A DNA stretch of 64,000 bases from Candidatus Latescibacterota bacterium (GTDB lineage Bacteria > Latescibacterota > UBA2968 > UBA8231), in contig CBDETK010000013.1 of NCBI GenBank assembly GCA_965242865.1, forward strand, positions 4,672,001-4,736,000, written 5' to 3'. A model generated the notes under the pieces. That model was not told the origin of the DNA, ran no database searches, and saw only the letters and a program-made list of their open reading frames with translations. Both the position numbers and the translations under genes were made by a program. Position 1 is the first letter of the stretch. Each line of letters begins with the position of its first letter. Of this stretch, positions 48,731 to 58,859 are shown piece after piece.

Positions 48731-49550
48731 TATCTATATCGGTCCGCAGCGGGCGATAGGCTTGCCGATTCGCGGCCGGCAGGGCCTCCTTCTCAAACCA
48801 CCACGACCCACCCCGCAGCACCCCAAACTCGCCGCGCACCGGCCCCGGCGGATTGTCGCGGGGACTCTCGGCATAGTACGCGTCCCCGTACCAATCGGCG
48901 ACCCACTCCCACACATTGCCCGCCATGTCGTAGGCCCCGTACGGGGACGCGCCGGCCGGTCGGCTGCCCACCGGCTCGGTCGCGCCGGCGATAAAGCGGA
49001 AATTGGCTTCGTCGCCTACGAGCTCGTAGCCCCAAGGATACGGGCGTCTGTCGGTTCCGCGCGCGGCCTTTTCCCACTCGGCCTCGGTCGGCAGCCGCAG
49101 GCCAGCCCACGCGCAATAGTCGAGCGCGTTTGGGCGGTTTACGCAGTTGATGGGATGGGTGTCGTCGGCAAAGCCGTCGTAGTTGCAGCGCGGGGCGTAG
49201 GCCGGCTCTTCGCAGGCCGCGGCCTCCACGCAGCGCCGGTACTGCCCGACGGTGACCTCGAACTGATCGATGTAGTACGCGGAAAGGAAAACCGGGTGCG
49301 GCGGCGCTTCGTCCGGGTCGCCCGCGTCCCACCCCATCACGAAGACGCCCTCGGGCACGAGGACCATGGCGCGATCAATTTGGCGGACCGCGGGCGGCAC
49401 GGGGGAACTTTCACTGGGTGGGGCCGCGCCCGCTGGAGGGGGTGCGACCACGCGGTCTCCGCTCGTTTGCCCTGAGTCCTTGGGGCTGCAACCCAGCGCC
49501 CACAAGGCCATGCACACCAGTGCGCGACGCAACGGGCAGCTCCTCAGAAC
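48702..49550 (-). CDS. Formylglycine-generating enzyme (SUMF1/FGE-sulfatase) domain lipoprotein
   Basis: F.MG, RLPTEAEWEKAARG, YDMAGNVWEW, LRGGSW, IGFRCA; LGC lipobox; start uncertain. Confidence 0.88.
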   Translation of the reverse strand, partial: VLRSCPLRRALVCMALWALGCSPKDSGQTSGDRVVAPPPAGAAPPSESSPVPPAVRQIDRAMVLVPEGVFVMGWDAGDPDEAPPHPVFLSAYYIDQFEVTVGQYRRCVEAAACEEPAYAPRCNYDGFADDTHPINCVNRPNALDYCAWAGLRLPTEAEWEKAARGTDRRPYPWGYELVGDEANFRFIAGATEPVGSRPAGASPYGAYDMAGNVWEWVADWYGDAYYAESPRDNPPGPVRGEFGVLRGGSWWFEKEALPAANRQAYRPLRTDIDIGFRCARDF

Positions 49551-51523
49551 ACGACCTGCGACACGGCCTTGGAAATCAGCGCGACGGCAATGGACGTCAT
49601 GCCGATTAGGCCCACGCCGCACGAGTACCCAGCCAGCACGATGGGCGCGTACGCGTACCAGCGGTCGGGGCCAAAGCGCTTTTGCAGGTAGAAGCGGCCC
49701 AGCAGCGCGCCGACGAAGTTGAGGATGGCAAAGTGCGGCCAGCCGCCGAGGCCGGCGACAAAACCATAGAAGATCCCCAGCGGCGCACTCAGCGCACTCA
49801 GCAGCGCGTACAACGCGCCGCTAAAGACCAGCCCAATCCCGATGTAATCCCAGCGAATAATTTGCGTCACCAAGCTCTGGCCCGCGCCCGGCAGGGTGGA
49901 TTTGGCCCAGAACGCCTGCATGGTGGCGTGGAAGGGCCACATCTTTTGCACGAATGGGTACGCGGACGAGGGAATCGGCCCGAGCTTCCAGATCAGCGAC
50001 CAGAATAGGAAGCTACACGCGAACATGACGGCCAAGGTCAGGGCCGTCATCTTGACGATGCTGCCAAAGCGGGTGCGAGTTAGCTCTAGTTGCTTAAACA
50101 CTTGCGCCTCGTACCCCCACTGGAAGATCGGCACCGGCGCGAACCAGATTCCAGCCCCTTGGTAGCCGGACAAATAGAAGCTGGCCTCGCGCAGATAGGG
50201 GAACGTGACGCCCTGCGGCGACCCGGTCAGGCCGATCATGCGCGTGCCGATGTACGAGTAGATGGGCGTCCACACAAAGCCAAAGAGCGCGGTGATCCAC
50301 CACGGAAAATCCGGCACCAAATAGTACACCATCAGCACAAAGCCCAGCGTGCTCACCGCCCAAATCCCCAAAGCCGTGACTATGCGGATGTCGCCGCGCT
50401 CGGGGAGAGCCTCCCGAAGGGAGGCGCGCTCCTTGCCGGCCGCGAGCAAGACCTTGCCCGCCGTGTAAAAGCCCATGGCCGCGACCACGACGGCCCCACC
50501 GAGCGAAAAGCTCAACCAGAAGTCAAAGGTATTGGCGATCTGGGTGGGAATCGACGACATGCCCGGCTCCCAAGTGTGCAGGATGCCGTAGGCATAGAGG
50601 ACGGGGTTGGCGATTAGGTTGACCGCGATCGACGAGGCAAACACCCCGACTACGACCCAGAACGGCAGCACCAAGCCGAATAGCACGTGGATCAAATCCG
50701 TGGCCAAGCCGATGACCGCGGCCGGCAGCACCGCCTTTAGCGGCACGGTGAAGTCGATGAAGGGGATCGGCAAAATCGACACGGTTTCGGTTAGAAAGAC
50801 CGACGACAGGGTGGGCACCACCACGTAGAACACGCCCCACACCGCTCCGATAAAGGCCCCGGTGCTGAACACGTGCCAGCGCCAGCCCTCGCGCTTGGCC
50901 GAGGTTTCGGCGAGGGCCGTGGCGCCGCCGGCCTGTATGTACGCCATGGGAAAGGGCAGGCGCTCAATGTCGTGGGTGATGCGGAAGAGCACGTAGCCCA
51001 AGGACAGGGCATTGACGCGCTGTAGGGCGACGGCGCAGAGGAGGATGACGATGGGCTTGAGCCACGCGCTGTCGAGGAAGCTGCGCTCCAACAGGGCCTC
51101 CGAACCGCACGGCGGCACGACCCAAGTGGGAATGTGTTCGGCCAGTCCGTCGGCTTGGGGCGATTGGATCAGGTATTGGTCCCAGATCAACACGCCGAAC
51201 GGGCCGCCAAAGAGGTCGGCCCCGGTGCCCAGCTTGCCGCCCATCATCACCAAGCCCCCGGCCACCCAGTAGAGGATGATGATCTCTTGGGTCCGCAGCG
51301 ATACAAAGGTGCGCTTGGCCATTTCGATGAAGAGAATCAAGGTGACCCATTCGGCACCCCCGGCCATGCTCATCCCGGTCACCAGCCCGAGGTAAATCGC
51401 ACCCGGCAGCATGACGAAGCCCACAAACAGCGCGGCCCACAGGGTCTTTGTGTTAAAGCCCGGTTCAAAGGGGGCGTCGGCGGGCATAACCGCGAAGCGC
51501 GCTGGGGCGTTGGCGGACGACAA
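49544..51523 (-). CDS. OPT-like polytopic membrane transporter
   Basis: ~16 TM helices; ERLPFP motif shared with DUF6785/OPT-like proteins. Confidence 0.6.
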   Translation of the reverse strand: MSSANAPARFAVMPADAPFEPGFNTKTLWAALFVGFVMLPGAIYLGLVTGMSMAGGAEWVTLILFIEMAKRTFVSLRTQEIIILYWVAGGLVMMGGKLGTGADLFGGPFGVLIWDQYLIQSPQADGLAEHIPTWVVPPCGSEALLERSFLDSAWLKPIVILLCAVALQRVNALSLGYVLFRITHDIERLPFPMAYIQAGGATALAETSAKREGWRWHVFSTGAFIGAVWGVFYVVVPTLSSVFLTETVSILPIPFIDFTVPLKAVLPAAVIGLATDLIHVLFGLVLPFWVVVGVFASSIAVNLIANPVLYAYGILHTWEPGMSSIPTQIANTFDFWLSFSLGGAVVVAAMGFYTAGKVLLAAGKERASLREALPERGDIRIVTALGIWAVSTLGFVLMVYYLVPDFPWWITALFGFVWTPIYSYIGTRMIGLTGSPQGVTFPYLREASFYLSGYQGAGIWFAPVPIFQWGYEAQVFKQLELTRTRFGSIVKMTALTLAVMFACSFLFWSLIWKLGPIPSSAYPFVQKMWPFHATMQAFWAKSTLPGAGQSLVTQIIRWDYIGIGLVFSGALYALLSALSAPLGIFYGFVAGLGGWPHFAILNFVGALLGRFYLQKRFGPDRWYAYAPIVLAGYSCGVGLIGMTSIAVALISKAVSQVVF

Positions 51524-51525
51524 AA

Positions 51526-53199
51526 TCAGTTCCGCGCCAAGTCGTCGTCCAAATACCGCAGACGCTCTTCGCGGATGTCAATTTGCGCGGCGTATTTTTG
51601 GCGCAAATCCCGCAGATAGCGGTTGAAAGACTCCCGCTCGATGCGCTCGCGCATGTCGTGCACCACCGCCTTCCGCACCCGCTCCAGCGTTAGGTCGTAG
51701 TACGTCTCTGGCCAGCGCTCGATAACCCGGAAGATCGAATGGCCGCCCCGCATTTGGATCGGCCCTTGGAGCTCGCCTAACTCGGCCTGCATCACCGCGT
51801 TCATCCAAGCCTCCCCCAAAAAGGGGGCCTGCGATTCAGAGACGTACAGAATGCCATCTTCGGCGTCGCGGCGGAGACTGTGGGCGCGAGCGAGTGCCGC
51901 CCACTCGGCCCCGGCCTCAATCTGCGCGGCGATTTGCCGGGCCTCGGTCGGCGTGTCGAGCAAAATCTCCTCTAATTGCGCTTGGGGCGGGCTGCGGAAG
52001 CGGCGCTTGTGCTCCTCGTAGAACGCCCGCAGCTCGTCCTCGGTCGGCTCGGGCGCTGCGGTCAAAATTTGCTCGCGCAGTTTTATCAACATCAGGTTGC
52101 CCAACGCCAAGGCCTGGGACCGCGCAAAAGCCTCGGTTTTATCGAGGCCCTTGCGCCGAGCGTCGTGGGCCATGAGGCGGGTGGGGAAGTGGTGCTCAGA
52201 TAGCTTCTCGTTGACCGAGTCCGCGCTGGCTGCCAGCCACAAGCGGCCCGAGGGGCGCACGGCCTCCAAGACCTCGGCCACGTCCATCTGCAAGCCCTCG
52301 AAAGAATAGACCGGGCGCTGGTGCGCGGCCCCATCCAAGTCCGCATAATCGACCGCGCCCTGCAAGACCGCTACGACCACGTCCATGCCCTCGGCGTCAA
52401 AAACCGTGTCCAAATCCCACTTGAGGTGCCGCAGGTACGATTCGCGCAGTTGCTTTTGCTGCTCGGCGCGGAGTGCTTGGCGGATGCCTTCCTCGACCTC
52501 GGGCAAATCGACGCGGTGCCGCTCGGCCACCTTGGCGATGACGAAGCCGCCGCGCAAGGGGAGCGGCTCAGTCACCCCGCCCACGGGCCGGGCAAAGACC
52601 GCTTCGGCGAGGGCGCGGGGGCTGTCGAAGGGCGAATAGGCCAGCCGCCGGATTTCGCCGGTGTGCATGCCGTAGTAAGGGTCGGCCGCGAATTGACGCC
52701 CGGCTTCGGCAAAGTCCGCGCCCTGCGCCAACAGCGCTTGCACCTGCCGCGCCTGTTGCCGACTGGGCACAAAAATCTCCAGCGCGACGACTTTTTCGCC
52801 CCAGCCCGGCCGCGCGTAAGCGGCCTCGATGTCATCCGCATCCACCGCGACCTTGGCCGCGACATTGCGCTTTAGCATGGCGTCGGCGAGGGCCTTGGTT
52901 TCGCGCTGGGCGAGCTCGGCCAAGATCGCCTCGTCGCGCTGCAACCCCCGAGCGCGGGCCTCCAACAGCAACACCTCGCGGTCGATGAGCGTCTGCAAAT
53001 TGGCCCGGTGCTGGGCGCGCTGGGCACTCGTCTTGCGGCCGTCGGCAAAGGCGCGTAGATCGGCCGCGGTAATTTCGACCGCGCCGACTCGGGCCAGCAA
53101 CTCCCTGTCGTCTGGCCGCTCGGCGTCGCAGCTAATACAGTGCATAAAAAGAGGAGCTAGACGGAAGGTCCAGCTCCTCGCAACGAGCCATCCTGCCAT
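51526..53199 (-). CDS. SurA/PrsA-like peptidyl-prolyl isomerase with two parvulin-like domains
   Basis: LQTLIDREVLL.EA...GL, GADFAE..RQF, GAEW..LARAHS, GPI....G..IFRV. Confidence 0.8.
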   Translation of the reverse strand: MAGWLVARSWTFRLAPLFMHCISCDAERPDDRELLARVGAVEITAADLRAFADGRKTSAQRAQHRANLQTLIDREVLLLEARARGLQRDEAILAELAQRETKALADAMLKRNVAAKVAVDADDIEAAYARPGWGEKVVALEIFVPSRQQARQVQALLAQGADFAEAGRQFAADPYYGMHTGEIRRLAYSPFDSPRALAEAVFARPVGGVTEPLPLRGGFVIAKVAERHRVDLPEVEEGIRQALRAEQQKQLRESYLRHLKWDLDTVFDAEGMDVVVAVLQGAVDYADLDGAAHQRPVYSFEGLQMDVAEVLEAVRPSGRLWLAASADSVNEKLSEHHFPTRLMAHDARRKGLDKTEAFARSQALALGNLMLIKLREQILTAAPEPTEDELRAFYEEHKRRFRSPPQAQLEEILLDTPTEARQIAAQIEAGAEWAALARAHSLRRDAEDGILYVSESQAPFLGEAWMNAVMQAELGELQGPIQMRGGHSIFRVIERWPETYYDLTLERVRKAVVHDMRERIERESFNRYLRDLRQKYAAQIDIREERLRYLDDDLARN

Positions 53200-53204
53200 A
53201 CGCG

Positions 53205-53966
53205 CTAACTCGCCCCATTGGCCGGGGGTTTTTCCCGCGTCCCTTGGTCCACGGCAAAGCGGAACTCGACATCGATGGTCTCTTCTGGGTTGCCGCTGGC
53301 GTCAAAGGAAAGCACAAATTCGCGGAAGGTGAGCAACAACTCGTCGTTTTCTGGCAGCAACGGGTCAAAGACTAACATGCCTTTTTGGCGGCTGTCGCGG
53401 AAGATGGGCCGATGGCGGTGAAAAACCGTCTTGTAGATAATGCCCATGCGCTCCAAGTTGATTTCGCGCTCATTGCCGGAAGTGCCGAGCTCCATTTTGT
53501 AGTACTTGGTGAAGCTGTTGCCCCCCAACACGATGGCCCCCTCGCGCCCGGGATCGTAGTAGCGATAGGTCTCGCCGCCCGATTCCATGGTCGCCTTAGC
53601 CGGGTCGAACTCGATCTTGGCGTAAGTCAGGTTTACGACCTCGACTTCAAACACGGTGAATTGCGGGGGAATGTAGCCCTTTTCGGGGTCAATCGTGCCC
53701 CGGGTGTAGGGGTTGACGTGACGACCGTCGTACAGGGGCGGGAAGCGCTCGTTGAGCTCGGGATCGCTCAGATGCCGCACCTTGATCAAAAGCCCCTCTT
53801 TGCTAAATACCATCGAGCTGTCGTCTGGGTCGATGGTGTAATCGCCGCGGCCCTCGGGCAGGACGGGCATCACGTGCAGGTCGTACACGCGTTGGGGCGG
53901 GATGAGCCCGCCGCAACTCCAGACCAGCCCGAGTGCCACAAGGAGCACCATGTACCTCGCTGTCAT
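53205..53966 (-). CDS. Hypothetical lipoprotein
   Basis: VLLVALGLVWSC lipobox-like; start MTARY. Confidence 0.7.
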   Translation of the reverse strand: MTARYMVLLVALGLVWSCGGLIPPQRVYDLHVMPVLPEGRGDYTIDPDDSSMVFSKEGLLIKVRHLSDPELNERFPPLYDGRHVNPYTRGTIDPEKGYIPPQFTVFEVEVVNLTYAKIEFDPAKATMESGGETYRYYDPGREGAIVLGGNSFTKYYKMELGTSGNEREINLERMGIIYKTVFHRHRPIFRDSRQKGMLVFDPLLPENDELLLTFREFVLSFDASGNPEETIDVEFRFAVDQGTREKPPANGAS

Positions 53967-53998
53967 AACACTGCAACTCCCTCTTTTGCTAGCTGTTG

Positions 53999-54418
53999 TC
54001 AATGGGTTGGTTCCTCGGTTTCCACGTCGATTTGTTCGACGCCGGCCAGGGTGGCCGTTTCCATCGCGTCGATGATATGGCCGTGGGCCGCATCCGCGTC
54101 CGCGGTGATGATCAACGTCGATGAGCCGGTGCGGACCTTCTCGCGCTCTAGCCAACTGGCGAGCTGCCCCATGGCCACCAACTGCCCGTTGATTTCGAGC
54201 TGGCCCTCGCTCGAGATGCGCAGGTTCAGCTTCTTCTCGGCCTTGAGTTGATCGTAGTGGATCGAGTCGGGCAGCTCAATTTTGAGCTGAGTGGCCTTGA
54301 CAAAGACCGTGGTGGTCATAAAGAAGATCAGCAGCAGGAACACCGCGTCGATCATCGGCGTTAGGTTCAGCTCAAATTCGCCGGCCTTGTCGGCCAGCGA
54401 CTGTCTCCGTTTAGCCAT
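53999..54418 (-). CDS. exbD: ExbD/TolR family protein
   Basis: LNLTPMIDAVFLLLIFFM with conserved TM Asp; I.AD. Confidence 0.9.
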   Translation of the reverse strand: MAKRRQSLADKAGEFELNLTPMIDAVFLLLIFFMTTTVFVKATQLKIELPDSIHYDQLKAEKKLNLRISSEGQLEINGQLVAMGQLASWLEREKVRTGSSTLIITADADAAHGHIIDAMETATLAGVEQIDVETEEPTH

Positions 54419-54423
54419 GCCGC

Positions 54424-54843
54424 TTATCCTTCTCCGCTCTTGGCAAAGGCAATGGCTTCAATGCCCTCGCCGCGGGCAATGTCCATCACCTGCACCACGT
54501 AAGCGTGAGGCACGGACCGCGCGGACTCCAAGATAACGTTCTTGGTGTTGTCGGCCGCTATGACCTGACGAATTTTTTCCGCCAACCTCGCCTTGTCGGT
54601 GACCTCGCCGTTGACTTGGATCGTCTGGTCCGGGTCGATCACGATGTTCATGTCCTTGGTCGCTCTCGACTCGCCTTCGCCGCCCGGCAGATCTACGCTC
54701 AGGCCCTTGGGGTTGACGAACGTGGTCGCCACCATAAAGAACACCAACAGCAAGAACATGCAGTTGATGAGCGGAGTCAGGTCGGGATTCTCCGTGGTCT
54801 TGAAGGCACTTTGGCCGAACCCGCTCTTTCGTCGCTGCCGCAT
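54424..54843 (-). CDS. exbD: ExbD/TolR family protein (TM Asp replaced by Asn)
   Basis: DLTPLINCMFLLLVFFMV; VVQVMD. Confidence 0.85.
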   Translation of the reverse strand: MRQRRKSGFGQSAFKTTENPDLTPLINCMFLLLVFFMVATTFVNPKGLSVDLPGGEGESRATKDMNIVIDPDQTIQVNGEVTDKARLAEKIRQVIAADNTKNVILESARSVPHAYVVQVMDIARGEGIEAIAFAKSGEG

Positions 54844-54846
54844 CCT

Positions 54847-55521
54847 TTAGCTCGCCTCGCGCTGGCTGGCCTGAAAGCGCACCAGCAGGGTATTGGCGAA
54901 GGCGTGGCAGTACAGCTCCACGCTCTTGAAGACCTTTTCCGCCCGACCGGAGAGGTAGCGGTGGAAGACGATGGTCGGAATGGCGACGATGAGGCCGCTG
55001 GCTGTGGTAATCAGGGCCTCGGAGATGCCGCTGGCTACGGCCGCTGGATCGCCGGCCCCGGCGCGGGCAATGGCGTCAAAGGCGTGAATCATGCCCATGA
55101 TCGTGCCCAACAGGCCCATCAGCGGGGAGAGGACGCCAATGGTGCCGAGCGCGTTGAGCAGGCGGCCGAGATAGATCTCGCCGGCCTCCTCCGTGGCCAA
55201 GATCAACTCTTGGCGCATGTCCTCTAGGTCCGTGCGATTTTCCAAGACTAAGGTGTCGTAGCGCTTGACCAAGGCGGCGAAGATGAAGTTGAGCACGCCG
55301 CTGCCCTGCCGGAACAGCTCGATGGCCCCGCCTTCGCCTTGGCTTTTGAGCACGTCCTCGGCCTCGTTGAGCTGCTGTTCGGCCTCTTGTTCGCCCGGGA
55401 CCATCAGCAGGCGATACAGCCGTTCTATGATGATGGCTAGGGCGATCAACAAGCACAGCAACATGGGCCACATCATCGGCCCGCCTTTGAAAAACTGGTC
55501 CACTAAAAAATTCTGCTCCAT
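54847..55521 (-). CDS. exbB: MotA/TolQ/ExbB proton channel protein
   Basis: GG..MWP, PLMGLLGTI.GMI.AF, GISEALITTA.GL.VAIP. Confidence 0.92.
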   Translation of the reverse strand: MEQNFLVDQFFKGGPMMWPMLLCLLIALAIIIERLYRLLMVPGEQEAEQQLNEAEDVLKSQGEGGAIELFRQGSGVLNFIFAALVKRYDTLVLENRTDLEDMRQELILATEEAGEIYLGRLLNALGTIGVLSPLMGLLGTIMGMIHAFDAIARAGAGDPAAVASGISEALITTASGLIVAIPTIVFHRYLSGRAEKVFKSVELYCHAFANTLLVRFQASQREAS

Positions 55522-55569
55522 TACAACCTCCCGGTATTGGGTCCTGCTTTGCGTTGCGTTGAAAGCGGG

Positions 55570-58500
55570 CTAGAGCCGGTTTTCCACGATCCATTCTCGG
55601 TGCAGCTTGGCAAAACTGACCACATCGGCGTTTTCCGGCTCGTCCCCCCCCTTTTCTTCCACGACCTGATAGTTTTCTACGGCCTGCGACCACTGGCGGG
55701 TGATTTCATAGACCAGCCCCAAGTTGCAGTACGCGGCCAACTCGGTATAGGTGCCGGGGTAATCGCGGATGATCCCCTGTAGGGCTGGCACGGCCCGGTC
55801 GTAGTCTTTGGCCTCAAACAGCTTCATGGCCTCGTTGTAGCTAAAGCTCGCTTGGATCTCGCTTAGCTCTTCTACTAAGGAGGTGGCCCGCGACGCCTCC
55901 TCGGAATCGGGATAGCGCGCGATTACTTGCTCGTACGCGGCCATGGCCTCGTCGTACGACTGGATATTGTAGTAGTAATCGCCGATGGTAAACTGCGCTT
56001 TGGGGGCGAATTCGCTCTGGGGGTAGTTGGCGACGAGAGCTTGCATCGCGCCGACGGCTTGCTCCATCTGCTCTTGCTCGACAAAGGACCACGCCAACGC
56101 GTACTGCGCCGAGCCGCCGTATTGGCCTTGGGGATATTTGGCCAAGAGCGCTTGGTAGGCCGGCACGGCTTCGGCAAAGGCCCGCTCGTTGTAGTGGTTT
56201 TCGCCAATGAGGAAAAGTGCTTCCTCCTCGTATTGGGACTGGAGATGGTGCTCGACGAGCGCGGCAAAAGCGGCCGCAGCCTCCTCAAACTGGGTCAGAG
56301 CTTGGAGGCTGTGGGCCAGATAGTACTGGCCGTGCATGCGGTTGGCATTGCGCGGATATTTTTTGATAAAGGTTCGGAAGCTCTCGGCCGCGGTCGCGTA
56401 GTCGCCGTAGCTGATTTCGGCAAAGCCCTTGGAGAAGGCCAAGTTGCCGCTCTCGCCCGAATTTGGATAGCGCTTGAGCCCTTGGGCAAAGATGCGGGCG
56501 GATTCCTCGTACTGTTGCTGCTGCAACAGCGCGTTGCCGATGATGGAATAGGCGCGTTCCTTGCGGTAGTACCCGGCTTGGTCGTCGTCTTCAAACTGCA
56601 TGTCGAGGAGCTGGCGAGCGAATTTTTCGGCTTGGACGAAGTCCTGCTGGTCGTAGTACAGCTCGGTCAGCAGCATGCGAAAGGTCGCCTGCTCTTGGGG
56701 GTCGGCCGACGCGGCAATGAGCTCTTGGTAGTAGTTGGCGGCCTCCTCTTGACGCCCCAAGCGAATCATGCCGGCCCCCAGCGTGCGGAAGGCGCTGTCC
56801 TTGATCTGGGGGGTCGGCCCGCTGTCGAGCAGGGCCTTCATATCCTTTAGCGACGCCTCATAGCTTAGGCGCGCCTCGGCCGTGTCGCCGGCCGCGTCTT
56901 GCTGTTTGGCGACCTCGTAGTACGCACCGCCGCGCGCCAACAGCGAATTTTGCAAGATGTGCGCGGGCGGATTGAGCGCGATGGCCTGCCCCCAAGAGCC
57001 GATGGCCCCCGCGAAATTGTCCTCGGCAAAATGCACCCGGGCCAAGGTGTAGTGCATCTGGCCTCTCAAGGTGTCGTCGCCCGCTCGATCCAAGGCGCGA
57101 GACAGGGCCTGACCCGCCTCGGCGTACGCTTGGTGGCCCATGTATAGCTCAGCCAACTCGACCTGCACAGTAGGCCACTTGTCCCACTCCTCTTCCACTG
57201 TCTCATACGCGGCGATGGCGCGGTCTGTGTCCTGCAGGTGCTTGTACACAAGCCCAAGCTCCATCCGCGCGGTGTTGCGTAGGTCTGAGCTTGGGAAGCG
57301 GTCGAGGAAGGACCTGTAGATCGCTTCGGCCCGGTTGAATTCGGCCGCAGCATAGGCGATGCGGGCCAACTGCAAAAGCCCGTTGGGGGCCGCCGGATGG
57401 TCTGCATATTCAGCGACTAATCGCTGGTACAGGGGCTGGGCCGCTTGGTCGTTGTCGAGGAGCTGGTTGGCAAAGCCGGCGTTAAAAAGCACGTCTGGAA
57501 TTAGGACGTTGTCCGCGCGCACGCTCAGGAGCTGGTCGTAGCTTGCGAGGGCCTTGGCGATTTCCTCGTCGGCGCGCACCGGGTCTTCGCTGCGGAGCTG
57601 CCGGCCGCGTTCTTGGTGGCACTGGGCTATGCGAAAGAGAACCTTGTAGCGGTCAAAGCCAATGCGCTGCGCCACATCGCCGTAGGCATTGAGGTAAATC
57701 TCGTATTCTTGCGCCGACTTGAGGTACTCGTGCTGGTCGAAAAGCATTAGGGCGACCGTGAGCTGGGTCCGGGCCTGAAAGAGCCGGTCCTCAACCTTTT
57801 CAATGGCGTCCTTGTACGCGGCAATGGCCGCGGTCGTGCCCTGTTCCTTCTGCACCAACTCGGCGGTGCGAATGTAGCTGTTTTGCACCAAGACCGGCTC
57901 GGCTGCGTATTCGGCCGGGAGCACGGCATAGGCGGCGAGGGCCTTTTCGACCTCGCCGTTGCGGGCGTAGATGTCGCCCTTTTTCAGATGAGCCTTGGCG
58001 ACCAGTTCGCGCGCGGTCTCCTTGACCAAGCCCTTGAGCTTGAGGGTGGTCATCTCGATGATCTCTTCCTCGGTCATCTGCGTGAAGTCGTAGCGGGCGA
58101 TGAGGCGGTCGAGGTAATCGAGCGCGTCTGCGTACTGCCCGAGCTCGTCGTAGCTCTCGGCGATCTGGAAGAGCGAGCGGTCCGCGTTGGACCCTCGGGG
58201 GGCCAAGACCAAGACCTGCTTGAAGCTGGCGATGGCCTCGTCGTAGCGCTCCAATTCAAACAAGGACCACGCTCGGTCGTAGTGAACGGACGCCTCGTAG
58301 AGGCTGTGGGGGAAGCGGCGCAGCAGCGCGTCCCCTTCGCCAATGACCTGCTCGTAGTCCTTGAGCTGGTAACTCGTCTGGATCATCTGGTACTGCGCCA
58401 TTACCCGGGTGCGATTATCGACGCTTTCGTCCGCGGCGAGGCTGCGAAAGAAGTCGCGGCTCTGGTTGAGATCGCGCAGGGCTTCCTCGTAGCGCGCGTC

Positions 58501-58842
58501 GGCCGCGGCTTCCTTCTTTTCCGAGCGCAAAAACTGCGAGCGTTGCAATTTTTCTAGCCCGAGCTTGTTGTACGTGTTGCCGAGCTGGTACGTGGCGCCC
58601 ACGCGCACCGGCAGGATGAACTCGTCGACCGCCACGGTTACGTCCTCCACGTTGATCATGGCGTTGCTCTCGGTGGAGAGAATGACCTCGTAGCGCTCAA
58701 TGGCTTTGTCGTAGTCGCCGAGCGCGTAGAGCTTTTGCCCCTCCTCAAAGCGGTCTTGCAATTCCACCGGCGAGAAAAAGCGCGTACTCAGGCTGGCGGC
58801 CGCGCCGACCGCTGCGATGAGCAGCAGATTTACCAGAATCAT
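55570..58842 (-). CDS. Large exported TPR-repeat protein (BamD/CpoB-like repeats)
   Basis: Signal peptide; many A...Y..L...YP.S...A.Y/F repeats. Confidence 0.85.
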   Translation of the reverse strand: MILVNLLLIAAVGAAASLSTRFFSPVELQDRFEEGQKLYALGDYDKAIERYEVILSTESNAMINVEDVTVAVDEFILPVRVGATYQLGNTYNKLGLEKLQRSQFLRSEKKEAAADARYEEALRDLNQSRDFFRSLAADESVDNRTRVMAQYQMIQTSYQLKDYEQVIGEGDALLRRFPHSLYEASVHYDRAWSLFELERYDEAIASFKQVLVLAPRGSNADRSLFQIAESYDELGQYADALDYLDRLIARYDFTQMTEEEIIEMTTLKLKGLVKETARELVAKAHLKKGDIYARNGEVEKALAAYAVLPAEYAAEPVLVQNSYIRTAELVQKEQGTTAAIAAYKDAIEKVEDRLFQARTQLTVALMLFDQHEYLKSAQEYEIYLNAYGDVAQRIGFDRYKVLFRIAQCHQERGRQLRSEDPVRADEEIAKALASYDQLLSVRADNVLIPDVLFNAGFANQLLDNDQAAQPLYQRLVAEYADHPAAPNGLLQLARIAYAAAEFNRAEAIYRSFLDRFPSSDLRNTARMELGLVYKHLQDTDRAIAAYETVEEEWDKWPTVQVELAELYMGHQAYAEAGQALSRALDRAGDDTLRGQMHYTLARVHFAEDNFAGAIGSWGQAIALNPPAHILQNSLLARGGAYYEVAKQQDAAGDTAEARLSYEASLKDMKALLDSGPTPQIKDSAFRTLGAGMIRLGRQEEAANYYQELIAASADPQEQATFRMLLTELYYDQQDFVQAEKFARQLLDMQFEDDDQAGYYRKERAYSIIGNALLQQQQYEESARIFAQGLKRYPNSGESGNLAFSKGFAEISYGDYATAAESFRTFIKKYPRNANRMHGQYYLAHSLQALTQFEEAAAAFAALVEHHLQSQYEEEALFLIGENHYNERAFAEAVPAYQALLAKYPQGQYGGSAQYALAWSFVEQEQMEQAVGAMQALVANYPQSEFAPKAQFTIGDYYYNIQSYDEAMAAYEQVIARYPDSEEASRATSLVEELSEIQASFSYNEAMKLFEAKDYDRAVPALQGIIRDYPGTYTELAAYCNLGLVYEITRQWSQAVENYQVVEEKGGDEPENADVVSFAKLHREWIVENRL

Positions 58843-58859
58843 GGTGTCAATCTCCTCGG

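Noticed and set aside
48702-49550. FGE-domain gene as a DGR target (CLec fold)
   Set aside because: No nearby template repeat of its 3' end and no RT in the window.
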